From Oopsacas minuta (lineage: Eukaryota > Animalia > Porifera), in contig JAKMXF010000111.1 of the NCBI GenBank assembly GCA_024704765.1, positions 1,561,627 through 1,625,626 of the forward strand: 64,000 bases of DNA. Direction: 5' to 3'. Positions 12,452-24,000 of this stretch are shown piece after piece. Below the pieces are notes generated by a model, which did not search any database, was not told the origin of the DNA, and worked only from the letters and a program-made list of their open reading frames with translations. Position 1 is the stretch's first letter; the number at the start of each line of letters is the position of its first letter. The translations under genes and the position numbers were made by a program.

Positions 12452-14398
12452 ATGTCAGAGGAGTATACCCTTGAGATCCTGAACCTAGGTCCTAGAGCAG
12501 GATCTCCCTGTATCGTACTCCATCTAGATACTCTTACTGTTATGCTGGACTGTAGTTTAGATGTCAGTTCATTTCTTCACTTCCTTCCTCTCCCTCTCAC
12601 GCCCTCTGACCCCTCTCTACCCGCTTGGAAGATTCCCCACCTTAGTTACCCAAAGTCCACTCTTGAGTTATTCCGAGAGAACGGATGCATTGGGAAGATC
12701 TTCCTAGACAGCTGTTTAGAAGCTAGAGTCCCTCTCCTCACTATTCTAGACCCCTCCTCTATAGATGTGGTACTCATCTCCAGCTACAGCAACATGATGG
12801 CACTTCCCTACCTCTTGGAGCAGAAAGGGTTCATTGGTCGTGTCTATGCTACTGAGCCTTGTGCCTCTATAGGAAAGCTACTAATGGAGGAGCTGGTTGG
12901 TTATCTTGAACGGCTACCCAAGGTAGAGGGGAAGGGATGGAAGCAGGTGCGTGACGCTAAGCTAGATTCTTTGGGGATGCGAGAAGAGGATGTCATCAAC
13001 TGGAGACCTCTATACTCTTCAGAAGCAGTCCAGCGCACTTTCAAGAGAATACGAACAGTTAGATTCAATGAGTCTATCGACCTATTTTCTGCTATGAAGG
13101 CCACTCCATTGAGTTCTGGATATTGTCTAGGTAGCTGTAACTGGGTGCTACAGGATGTGTATCGGAGAATCTGCTATCTGGGATCTACTTCTGTCCTCAC
13201 CACCAATCTAATGCCTATGGACAAGAAGCCACTCATCGGACCAGACCTTCTCCTACTGGAGTGCCTAAACAAAGAGCCTGGTGTGAATCCAAGTCACGTC
13301 CTTATGGAGTTATGTGGCAAGCTCGTTCAGACATTAAAGCAAGGAGGAAGCGTGTTGCTTCCCTCCTACTCCTCTGGAACTATATACGATCTCCTCGAGT
13401 GTGTGTACACTACATTAGACCACCAAGCTCTGGGACATATCCCCATATACTTTATCTCCCCAGTAGCTAACGCTTCTCTCGCATATGCGAACATATGTGG
13501 GGAATGGCTCTGTCAGACCAAACAGAACAAAGTGTTCCTCCCAGAGAGCCCGTTCCCACACGCAGAGTATGTCAAGTGTGGTCGTCTCAAGCATTTCCCT
13601 AGTATACACGGTGAACTGGGACTAGTATTCCAAACACCTTGTGTAGTATTCTCTGGTCATCCGTCTCTGAGATGTGGTGACGTCGTGCACTTCCTCTCCA
13701 TGTGGAAGAGCTCTACTAAGAATGCCATAATATTTACAGAACCTGATTTTGACTGTCAACTAGCCCTTGCACCCTATCAGCCTGTTAAATTACAGACGTA
13801 CTACTTCCCTATTGATCCACGCCTCGTATTTCCACGAGACAATGCCCTGCTAGACGAACTTGCTCCTCAACACTTCGTTACCAGCAAGGAGTACATCTCT
13901 GACAGGAGCAGAGGCTGTGAGAAGCATCAGATATCTGCCACATGTCCTGCTTCCTTCTACTCCCCTGGTAGTCTCATTAAAATAGCCATGCAGACTCCAT
14001 TCAGACGTGCTAAACTAACGGAAGAATTAGCAGCTCAACTCTTCCCAACCCATATTCAACAGAATCTGAGTCTGGGGTCTCTATCTGGAGTACTGAGAGA
14101 GAAGGATGGGATCAGTTCTCTCAGATCCAAAGAGCTTAGTCAAGGTCCTCCGATTAAGTCCGTCCAGTTCTGTCTGGCTGGAGAGGCGAATGTAGAGCGG
14201 TTTGTCGAGAAGGTGAAGGAGAGAGGGTTCCTAGACACTCAGGTGGTCAAGAAAGGTAGCGCAGATTGTGTGGTATTTGCTGGTCAGACAGCCCGCGTGG
14301 AATTTGGTACCCGCAGCACTACAGTCATCACACATGGAGAAGACCATCTCAGACACACAATACTGAATGTACTGTTAGACAAGATGAATGTTTTCTAA
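12452..14398 (+). CDS. INTS9: Integrator complex subunit 9 (inactive metallo-beta-lactamase/beta-CASP fold), intronless, 648 aa
   Basis: MLDCSLD..LHFLPLPL, IDVVLISSY..MMALPYL, VYATEP, SSGYCLGSCNW, GGSVLLP.YSSGTIYDLLE, SLAYANICGEWL, GHPSLRCGDVVHF, YFPIDPRL. Confidence 0.95.
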   Translation: MSEEYTLEILNLGPRAGSPCIVLHLDTLTVMLDCSLDVSSFLHFLPLPLTPSDPSLPAWKIPHLSYPKSTLELFRENGCIGKIFLDSCLEARVPLLTILDPSSIDVVLISSYSNMMALPYLLEQKGFIGRVYATEPCASIGKLLMEELVGYLERLPKVEGKGWKQVRDAKLDSLGMREEDVINWRPLYSSEAVQRTFKRIRTVRFNESIDLFSAMKATPLSSGYCLGSCNWVLQDVYRRICYLGSTSVLTTNLMPMDKKPLIGPDLLLLECLNKEPGVNPSHVLMELCGKLVQTLKQGGSVLLPSYSSGTIYDLLECVYTTLDHQALGHIPIYFISPVANASLAYANICGEWLCQTKQNKVFLPESPFPHAEYVKCGRLKHFPSIHGELGLVFQTPCVVFSGHPSLRCGDVVHFLSMWKSSTKNAIIFTEPDFDCQLALAPYQPVKLQTYYFPIDPRLVFPRDNALLDELAPQHFVTSKEYISDRSRGCEKHQISATCPASFYSPGSLIKIAMQTPFRRAKLTEELAAQLFPTHIQQNLSLGSLSGVLREKDGISSLRSKELSQGPPIKSVQFCLAGEANVERFVEKVKERGFLDTQVVKKGSADCVVFAGQTARVEFGTRSTTVITHGEDHLRHTILNVLLDKMNVF

Positions 14399-14697
14399 TC
14401 TGATCTGATCTGATAGGATCAGCTGGTTTGCATATACTCAATACTATATGTTATAGAGCTACAGTATGAGATACTAGCTTATGTCTTCTGAAGTATTTGG
14501 AATTTTGTATCGGCAGCTCTTTTTAGCTTTAAGAATGGAAGATCAACAGATTTCCTTATTAATAGGATTCAAATACCAGACAAACTATTCTGAGACACAA
14601 ATCACGAGAGGACTAGATTCCTTACCAATTTCATCCTTATTATTTGAATATATAATTTAAACAAGAGTCACTAGGTATCCTCACATCTCAACAAGCG

Positions 14698-15207
14698 CAG
14701 TATTTACTCGAATAATGGTGATTATTAATATTGACGGGTAGATACGATTCTAGGAAATACGTTAATTAGAGTGTAAGAGTCGGTTTTTCAAGTTTATCAT
14801 TTGTAAATTTATTTGTTGTTTTTATGAATATACATTAAATAAATAGTTGAAATCTTAATATATACTTAGAGATTTGCTCTCAACAGACATATAGGGAGTA
14901 TTCAAGTACGCTGAATCTGAATTTCGCATTTTCATGTTTACCATATACAATTTTGTTGTTTTTATGAATATACGTAAACAAATAGTTGAAATGTATATTT
15001 ATAATTCATTTTGCAATTTTATACTTTGTCAAATTCGAGGCACGAAGTGCTGAGTGTCTGAGTCCCATGCGAACACAAAGTGTTCGCAAGCCGCAGCGCG
15101 AGCAAGTGAAGCGGCTCGTAATTATAATTACTTAGAGTGATCATTCAGCCTAGACGGTTAATTATTTATAGGTTCTTCAGGAGGTGCGATTATTCGAGTA
15201 AATACAG
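14698..15207. mobile_element. Tc1/mariner-type MITE interrupted by a Helitron copy
   Basis: CAGTATTTACTCGAATAAT (14698) and ATTATTCGAGTAAATACAG (ending 15207) form an 18/19 inverted pair that brackets the Helitron at ~14781-15118. Confidence 0.5.
14781..15118 (+). mobile_element. Non-autonomous Helitron, family H (5' end unclear)
   Basis: Internal subunit (..TTTATTTGTTGTTTTTATGAATATA..) shared with 15950-16200, 19920-20120 and 48060-48370. Perfect hairpin GCGAACAC-AAA-GTGTTCGC at 15069-15087; end GTGAAGCGGCTCG|T. Confidence 0.65.
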
Positions 15208-15284
15208 CATCTGAGTATTTGTCAATTATTAAGAATGATTGAATTAAAATGCTTCATCTTATGATTTAGTATTTTTATTCGTAA

Positions 15285-15377
15285 CGAGCCTTTGGCTCGT
15301 CGCTTCGCGATGAACTCGGCGCATTGCGCCTCGGGGTATTCAACGGACAAACAACAATTGAGATTTAATAATATAGA
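15285..15377 (-). mobile_element. 93-bp minimal Helitron, family H
   Basis: A|TCTATATTATTAAATCTCAATTGTTGTTTGTCC ... GCGAAGCGACGAGCCAAAGGCTCG|T: 5' TC, AT target site, terminal hairpin GAGCC-AAA-GGCTC. Confidence 0.7.
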
Positions 15378-15442
15378 TTATACTTTTGTAATTCAGCCGA
15401 AACTCCAAGATCCGGGCATCATTTTTCCCAAAAAGTTTGAGA

Positions 15443-16374
15443 TCTATATTATTAAATTTCAATTGTTGTTTGTCTGTTTGTCTGTGCGTTTGTCTGTGCG
15501 TTTGTCTGTGCGTTTGTTTGTCCGTTGACAAAGAGAGGATTTACGGCAGGGGTGGGCAAACTTTTTCTGCGCGGGCCGCATTTTAATACGGGCAGTACTG
15601 ACCTACGACTACGTTCCATGTTCTAATTTATTAGAGAAATTCTACTAGCTAATTGTAAAATATACAATAATTATACATAATAATAAACTAATATTGTTTA
15701 ATGGTAGCATAATATTGTTTAATGAAATTGCCGCAGGCGTAAGGAAGAGTAAGATAGGATAGTTATCAAATAATTAGAGTACTCAAATAACTTAAGCCAG
15801 GCGGGCCGGATCCGGCCCGCGGGCAGTAGTTTACCCACCTCTGATTTACGGTATGCAATATTGAAATTGTCGCATAACTATGTATTTATCGTGTTTAATT
15901 CAAGGAAGTAAATAATAATTCAATAAAACTAAAATATCGAATATGCTGAATCCGGATTTCGCATTTTCAAGTTTCTCATATGTGAATTTATTTTTGTTTT
16001 TTATGAATATAAAGTAAACAAATTTTAAAATTGTGGTAGAAACATGCTTTCAATGGTTATACTGAGGTAATCGAGTATGCTGAGTCCGAATATGGCATTG
16101 TGTGTTTGTTTGTTTGTTGATATGTAAATATATTGTTGTTTTTATGAATATAAAGTAAAAAAATTTGCAAAATCTCAAAATTTACGTAGATACTTGCCCT
16201 CAACGGCTACAAGGGAGTAGATCTTACAAAATAATTCAATAATATATATGCCATATACGTATATTTGTGTATTACATTGTCCTTATATATCTATATTATA
16301 ATACTCAAAGGGGCCGTCAATTTGGAGAAAAATGGATACCTCGAGTTCATCGCGAAGCGACCAGCCAAAGGCTG
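15443..16374 (+). mobile_element. Composite non-autonomous Helitron (family H) with a GTCTGT/GTTT microsatellite and tandem internal subunits
   Basis: 5' A|TCTATATTATTAAATTTCAATTGTTG; (TTTGTCTGTGCG)n at ~15468-15525; internal subunits 15950-16200; a second 5' end A|TCTATATTATAAT at 16290; 3' end GCGAAGCGACCAGCCAAAGGCTG|T at 16374. Confidence 0.65.
15547..15843. mobile_element. hAT-type MITE inserted into the Helitron
   Basis: TIRs CAGGGGTGGGCAAACT / CAGAGGTGGGTAAACT (14/16). Perfect 8-bp TSD ATTTACGG at 15539-15546 and 15844-15851. Confidence 0.92.
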
Positions 16375-16689
16375 TATATATTATATACTAATCCGATCTA
16401 CCATAGAGTTATAGTTATTTCTGAGGTAGGTGCACCCTCCGGACGAGACTGCCCGTATCTCAGAGGTTCTAATATACTACGTATATTGATATCCCAACGG
16501 CCTACGTACTTATACTTAAATACTCGTTAATTGATAACTCTTAAGAAACTTCAAAACATAATATACAGTTCGATGGGGTATCAAAATTTGAAGATTATTT
16601 AGTTACATATTTAAGTCACCAATAACTGCAACTGACAACAGTTGTTGGTGGAAACCACTGAAATCTATTTTAGTTTTGAAATTCCTTAC

Positions 16690-16895
16690 ATATAGCTGAG
16701 CTATTGTATAGTATAGTATAGTATAGTATAGTATAGTATAGTATAGTATAGTATAGTATAGTATAGTTTTTTTGCAATACCAAAACTCCATACTCTCATT
16801 CAAAAAGGTGACTTTCATTAATCCGAAAAATGACCTTTCCGCGAAGATAGAAAAGCTAATACACAAAAACTATACTATAGTATAGCTGAGCTATG
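16690..16895. repeat. Dispersed element with ATAGCT(G/C)AGCTAT palindromic ends and a (TATAG)12 microsatellite
   Basis: (TATAG)12 at 16707-16766. An inverted second copy lies at ~26780-26943 and has only ~2 units at the same position. Confidence 0.8.
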
Positions 16896-17020
16896 TCTAA
16901 GCTATTTGATAGTATATACTGGCTGTGCTGAATTGACCATAATTGTAACGATTATCGATGAGTTATAAGAGAATATTAACAAAACATAGGGCATCCATTG
17001 TCTCTGCGGTAGCTCAGAAA

Positions 17021-17325
17021 ATGCCAACTCCTAATTTTATTAGTACTTTTGATCAAGCTATTGTTAGGATACCTCTTGATTTCAAACTGGATAAAAACAA
17101 ATTATTTCTGGTCAGATCAAATCCTTGCCTTCACATATTCAACAAGGATCTAGTTCTACAGATGAGTATGATTTCTAGAGGAACTGGACAGCGAGTGATA
17201 TTTTCCTGTTCTTAGCTCAGATTATGAGTCTAATTCTATTCGTAATCTCAATTCTGAATTTCTCCAGAAAATTTCAATTCTACTAACCAACTGGAATTAC
17301 AGTAGATGATAAATTATTGAATTAG
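17021..17325 (+). pseudogene. Degenerate C-terminal fragment of an NHL-repeat paralogue
   Basis: IVRIPLDFKLDKNKLFLVRSNPCLHIFNKDLVLQMSMIS / SSDYESNSIR..SEFLQKI / PTGITVDD aligns, with frameshifts, to LSCPHDIKLTRDYISVLDESDPCLHLFNY..SDPNSNSVHIFSPQFEFIHKI..PTGISVDN of the 18323 gene. Confidence 0.65.
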
Positions 17326-18322
17326 TGCTCTGCGCAAAAGTGTTAGAATGGTCTCCAGATTTCTAATTCTATGAAATTTGTTTACTTATATACATAAAAT
17401 CTCAAATCACCGTCTGTGCCGACTAAAATTTTACCAAATTCATTTTAGAGGATTATTGAAACTTTATTACTTTACTAAATATCTATTTTAGCAAAGAAAG
17501 TTAAAATTGAATTTTACTAATAAACATACTAAAATGTTAAATCGAATTATCGTCCCTGTTACTCCGATTTAATGAATGGAAGCTAAAATGCATAAATTAC
17601 TCCACCAGAAGTAATTTATGCATTTATGCCTAATTATGCGCTTCTTTACAGCAATATGGTATTTTACGTTTTACCATACTTATGTGTGTTATTGAGGATC
17701 TAAATTACAACTATCTAGCCTTCATAATTCTCCAAGAAGCAGTGCTAACTGGATCGGCCTCTAAAGTTTTGACCCAGCGTACTCTCTAATGCATTTTCGA
17801 TTTTGAGGGTTGCCTTTTAGTCCAAAGCATGAATGCTATTCAAAAAGAAAATTGTTTCTATGAGAACTTCACGCTGAATCAAAAACCCCACTTATAATGC
17901 AATCTAAGAACATCGGTTTTAGCGGTAGACTACCCTATAGCCCCTTTCTCTGGCGTCACTAAACTCCTATAGGAAAGTTTTCAAGGGCTCAGGCTGGTCA
18001 AACCATGTCCTAATATTCTTTACGCAAAATACAACTCCGACCAACAATTTTCGCTGAATTCGAAAAAGGTACTTAGAAATGAAAAATCCAAGGCCACGAT
18101 GCTTTCATTTGAGCCTTGAGTGGGCATTAGGCTCAGTCCAAAGAATTTTAGTACTATTTAAAACTGCTTGACTTCCTGGGGCCTGAGAATTTGTCAGAAT
18201 AGGTTTGCAGGTATAGTGATTGAACCCTGTTATTAACGGCACCCTAAACAGTCCCACCAATGATTCTCATAATAACTTTATCATATCACCCTCCAAGATA
18301 ATTGGTTAGATATTATATCATA

Positions 18323-19573
18323 ATGGCTACGGCTGAGCCTGTAGCTATGGGAGAAGATAATTTCGTAGTAGAATTGAATGGTGTAAGAGACAAGATTATA
18401 ACTAAATTCTCTGAGTTAATTGAATGTCTTAAAGCAAGAGAAGATAATTTGTTGAAAGAATTAGATAATATCATAACATTATATGGTGTATACAAAGATA
18501 AACTTCTAAGAGTAAAAACAAAAAAAGAGGATTTAAATAGAGTGGGAAATTTTCTTGAGGGATCCTTCCACTCATCTGTAAAATTGATGAACGATAAATA
18601 CTTGAAAGAAATTGATTTGAAATTGAAATCAATAGAGATTCCAATTGAACCAAGCATGGTTAAATTCGTATGTGAGAACAACTCATTGTTAGCAGAGATA
18701 AACAAATTCGGACAGTTAGTAGACAAATTGAATCCTGTTTCTGCTTGTCAGAGCAAGATACCATCTCTAGTGGATGTTAGCGAGAACGAAAAGAGAATTG
18801 AATTATTCAATCCATGTGGTTTAACTATTGATTTGAAAACTGGTAATATTTATGTTGCAGATTATTTTCATCACTATGTAAGAGTATTTGACAGCAACGG
18901 TCAGCATTTGTTCAAATTTGGAGATGAAGGAGAAGGGAAGATGGAGTATCCAAGAAGTGTAACAAGCTCTGGCGATAGAATTTTCATTTCACAGGGGACA
19001 GGGTTGTCCCATGAGGGTAGCGATGGTATCCTCCTGTATAAACTTGACGGGGAGTTTGTTTGTAGGATAGGAACTCGAGGAAAGGGAGAACTAGAATTTA
19101 ACTGTCCTCATGGATTAGCAATAGATGAAGCTAGTATGGATATTTATATTAGTGACTACAATAACAATCGTATCCAGATACTTACAAAAGTATTTACATT
19201 CAAATCTCAGTTTGGTAGTGAAGCACTCTCCTGTCCTCATGATATAAAACTGACTAGAGACTATATTTCTGTGTTAGATGAATCTGATCCTTGTCTTCAC
19301 CTTTTTAACTATGAGTATATACTCATAAAGAGTGTTGTTTCACTCGGAATACAGTTCATACCGTATTACTTTTGCATTGACAATTTTAATAATATTCTTC
19401 TATCAGATCCCAACTCTAATTCTGTTCATATTTTCAGTCCTCAATTTGAGTTTATACACAAGATTACAGTTTCAAACTCTCCGACTGGTATTTCTGTAGA
19501 CAACCAAAGCAATCTGGTGGTTGTGTACCAAGCAGATTTGAGCTGTCGAATTCTGTTTTTAAAATATTTATGA
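18323..19573 (+). CDS. Intact coiled-coil + NHL-repeat beta-propeller protein (TRIM71/brat-like NHL, no RING/B-box), ~416 aa
   Basis: ATG at 18323 (MATAEP). N-terminal coiled coil; NHL repeats LFNPCGLTID..GNIYVADY..VRVFD and FNCPHGLAID..DIYISDYNNNRIQIL. Confidence 0.85.
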   Translation: MATAEPVAMGEDNFVVELNGVRDKIITKFSELIECLKAREDNLLKELDNIITLYGVYKDKLLRVKTKKEDLNRVGNFLEGSFHSSVKLMNDKYLKEIDLKLKSIEIPIEPSMVKFVCENNSLLAEINKFGQLVDKLNPVSACQSKIPSLVDVSENEKRIELFNPCGLTIDLKTGNIYVADYFHHYVRVFDSNGQHLFKFGDEGEGKMEYPRSVTSSGDRIFISQGTGLSHEGSDGILLYKLDGEFVCRIGTRGKGELEFNCPHGLAIDEASMDIYISDYNNNRIQILTKVFTFKSQFGSEALSCPHDIKLTRDYISVLDESDPCLHLFNYEYILIKSVVSLGIQFIPYYFCIDNFNNILLSDPNSNSVHIFSPQFEFIHKITVSNSPTGISVDNQSNLVVVYQADLSCRILFLKYL

Positions 19574-19854
19574 ATTATTTTTTTCAAGCAAGGATAAATA
19601 ATTTATTATTTAATTAATTCGCTTTGATATTACGTATTCAGTATCCTCTGTTGTAATTATGCTATTATCTTTGAGTGAATATTTTTGTCTCATTTCTTAT
19701 CCCTACATAATAATATTCTTCCATCTTTATTTTGTTTGTGCCTTCATTTGTTAAATTTTACAACAACTCAACAATTTATGATAAGTACAGTGGTCCACAA
19801 AATTGGACGCCTACCCTTATAAGAGCTGGAAAGTTAACATTATTTACTCCTGAA

Positions 19855-20204
19855 TCTACATTATTAAATCTCAATTGTTGTTTATTTGTCTGTTGTCAAC
19901 AAACAAACAAACGTTTCTAGGAATATAAAGTAAAACAAATGATCCAAATTTCAAAATATACATACAAGCTTGCTCTAAACGGCTATACAGGACAGGGGTA
20001 ACACAATACGGTGAACCAGAATTTCGCATTTTCAAGTTTCTCATTTGCAAATTTATTTGTTGTTTTTATGAATATAAAGTAAACTAATTGTTGAAATATT
20101 TATTTATTAATTCAATTTTGCAATTTTATACTTTGCTAAATTCGAGTCACATGCGTACACAAAGTGTTCGCATGCCGCGCAACGCGAGTAAGCGAAGCGG
20201 CTCG
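19855..20204 (+). mobile_element. Complete 350-bp non-autonomous Helitron, family H
   Basis: A|TCTACATTATTAAATCTCAATTGTTG ... GCGTACAC-AAA-GTGTTCGC hairpin ... GCGAAGCGGCTCG|T; inserted at an AT site with no TSD. Confidence 0.78.
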
Positions 20205-21051
20205 TTACAAATTAATCTATATTCTCTAGGTCTAATATGATTTGAATTATGGCCATGTTGCATGTATGTAGATCAAAATTTCATACGATAATTTTTCGTA
20301 TTCCTTTCTACTCCATACTTACCCCTTAATAACATGTTGAAACTTATTGGAACTTTACGATGATAATGTAAGTATCGGATTAATCCCCCAAATGTGTGAA
20401 CTTTACATTTGAGATGAAGTTGAAACTTAGACATCAAAATGTGTCAATCCATTGTGAATTCAAGATTTAAAATGAACCTAGACCAAATGAAGGCCTTGAG
20501 AACTTTCTAAGTAGTCTCACTGAATTCTTCATAATCGGAAGGAGAAACCCCTAGAAAAATATGCACCTGTATTAAATTCATAGATACCCGATATGGTTGG
20601 TTCTTTATTTAGATTGCAGATGTTGATTTGTAACATCCAATTATCTAATTAGGTTACAGGTGTTGCATTCTATTATATGCTGATATTTTCCTATTGATTA
20701 ATGGTGTTTATTTGGCAGTATTCATTCACATTGGAGAAAGGCTTAGGTGTTTTTTGGATTGGATCTTTGAAATATATGTATATACTTGTACCTTGTGAGG
20801 AAAATCCGTTATTTGTAACTTAAAAATATGTAGATATCATGTATAGGTGCGGGATTAATATAATTATAAAGTTAGTATATTTGTAGTAAGCTAAAGGCTG
20901 TGATAATATTATTCTACATAATGAGCCAAATATTCTGATTTGGGATTACACACAATAGTATTCAAATTAACGATCACTTCTGAGTTAAAATAATTTATCC
21001 GAGGAATTATCTTTAATCTCAATTTAATTAGAAACAATAGCATGTTCTGAG

Positions 21052-24000
21052 ATGGAGATACCATTTATACAACATGCTATTAGTAATGATATAATTGATG
21101 AAGATAATGATGTCATCAATCAATTCATATCCTGTTTGTTGGAGGCATTCAGAGATCCAGATAATTTGAATGTTTGGGATGAAGTTAAAGTTTACTTGCA
21201 AGCTCTCAGACACATCTCAGACATTGAACTGAGAGAGCGTAGAGACCTAACACACTACCTAAACAGATTTCTTAGCTTTCTAAATTGTGATGACATGCCT
21301 GTGCAACATAGGACGCAAGTGTTGTCCCAGCTGCAGCACTTGTTAGATATACTTGAAATTCCAAGTGAATGTATTGAAGCTGATTTAGAGACGGAGCAGA
21401 TTGCGAAGTATTCTGAAGGAAGGAATAAAAGGATATCAGCACCTCATCACAAAACAATTAGAGGTTAGTTAATATATATAAAATGTTTTTAATTCGATTA
21501 TCAGGATACTATTGTCAACATATACAATGGTGTGAAGTTATGGTTCGAGTTGTAACAACGAAAAATGAGCACAACCATAGCCTCTATGGCACAACTTTAG
21601 ACTTATAAATCAATCAATTGTCCTTCAATTCAACTGATTTATTACTTAAGTGTGAATTAAGTTGTGCGAAAAATCTTCTATGCTATTGACATTTGTATAA
21701 CAAAATTTGCAACATCATGGTCTATAAGGAGTATATTTGCAGTATAGTGGTGGTTTGGGAAAAGTATTTATAATGCCAAACATTCCGAACTGGTATCTGC
21801 CCTACGTAATCACATAACTCGATATATATATATACTGTCGTGCCAAATGGTTTCCACCATTTATTTCGGCCCTATCCAACAATGTTTGCCAGAAAAGAGC
21901 ACCCCAGAAACACCACCCGCCCGGAAAACCATCTATGACCATATATGGCAATATTCTCACATGCAAGAGACTGAAAATCTGATAAATTGTAGTGTTCCAT
22001 CATTGATATATTTACTTAAAAACAATTCATGTATTAGAAGCAATATCTTGTGTTATTTTAGCGTATAGCTGTTGTTTCAGCATCTCTCAAGGCGCTATAC
22101 AAATGTTGGAAGATATTTTTCATAGATTTACTCTATCTCTACCCCCTAAATATTATTCCAGTTCTATCAAGGCGCTTTAGAATATGTTAGGACTAATTTG
22201 TATGTACTGTGAACAGCTAGAAAATATGGCAGAAAGTTGGTCGCGGGGAAATTTGGTCACTGAAGCATCCATTGACGTTGAACACTAATTCAGAGTAAAT
22301 CCCCACAACAACAAGCCAGTAGTATCTGACAAGACCTGGAACAACAACGGATTTTCTCGCGTAAATTCTTCCACGACCAAATTTCCCTGCGACTATCCTT
22401 CCGTCAACGGAAGAAATGACCAGAAAAGGCGATTTATTTCGAACACTGTTATTCAATCGCCCTTATTCTATTAGATGACCTTTTCACGTTTGACCCATCC
22501 TCTCTACCTCGTTACACACCTCATCCTCCACCTATCGCTATCTCTGATCTGAGAGCTAGTATACCCACAGTCCTATCTGAAGTAGTGAGACTGAACAGAG
22601 GGAAGAAAGTGGGTCTTGGTATAACTGAACAATCTCTGGACCTTTCTCTTTCCTTATCTCTTCCTGATCACATACATCAGGAATCATACCCTGAGAAATC
22701 CAGAAGCTCACTCACTCCGCCTAGAGGTCAGTTGTTGGCGCTTCCTCAAGGCTTGAAGAGTAAGTTAATTAATTTCTATAATGCATATCTCTACAGTTTA
22801 ATATCTCAATCGCTGTTTAGCTATAACTATAGCTTGTAGGTGTCTCGTGCTAAAACTTGCAGTGTAATTTTATTGATGCTGCTAATAACCACTGATAGCA
22901 TAACAATAATTATTTTCATTAAGAGAAAGATATCACAAAGCAACAAGCTAGCAGCCTCAAGACGGGAGAAGATGTGATAAAGTACTTCGCGTGTGGAGGA
23001 GATAATCGCTTCTTCTACCTTAAGTTAGATCCAGCCAGCAAGATCTACGCGCCCTACCAGCTAGTGGTAGACAAGGATACTCAGCATCAGAAGTCAGCTA
23101 TTTCCTCTAGAAACGAAGTTTACATTATGTCGGCATTTGGCGTAATTAGGAACTTAAGTGACAGATACACAGAGTCTACCAGCTTAGTAGCTTGGCAGAG
23201 AGAAGCTACCTTGTTTAGAGCACTCAAAACACTACCTTTCTTTAGAATGTTTCCTCTTCTGAAAGTTTTGCGGAGATGGAAGAAGGTTACAGACAGAGAG
23301 AGACATAACAGAGTCCGTGAGCACCTTCTCGAGCACTTGATATTACAGGTTATTAGTATATTATGCCTTGAATTACTAAATTTGAAAATAGCCTTACTCT
23401 TGTGTATGTGTAACAAAAGACGCCAGTTTTATAATTTTCATAGAGGTTAAATAAACCACCAAATTTATGTCTTGAGCTATTTTAGAATAAATATATTTGT
23501 GAACTATAAAGAATCAGTTAAGGTTACGTAAAACGTTCAAACGACTATCTTTCATCTTGTTTAGGTGCAATATATTCATGACATCATAATTTATTATATA
23601 AATGCTAAACCTCATCGCATAAATTTATAATACTGGCTTCTCTTTTTAGTGCAGCTCCTATAGGGAGATGTCCTAATGGCATGTACGACGTCTGTACGTC
23701 CGCGCGGCCGTGCGAAATCTAGCACTCCGATTCACATGAAAATTAGTATACATATACATTTTGGGTCGGAGATTTGCACCTCAGGGTATTAAATTTTTTA
23801 ATATTTATTTCGTAGATACCCTGCTTCTTACCGCTCCTCCACTCTTCATCCCAATGGGGTCCTCGCCTTCAGGAATTACAACTTTTCCCAGAGACTCATG
23901 CCGAGCTAGTATCTATACAATCATTGGAGCAGTTGTTAATTGAAATGTATTCCAGAGTCAATACTGAGGTAACTAAAATGTATTCTGAGATTATACAACG

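Noticed and set aside
15292-15531. ORFs with SVRL / QTHR repeats
   Set aside because: They are translations of the Helitron microsatellite on both strands.
16603-16866. 87-aa ORF with ILYYT repeats
   Set aside because: Translation of the (TATAG)12 tract.
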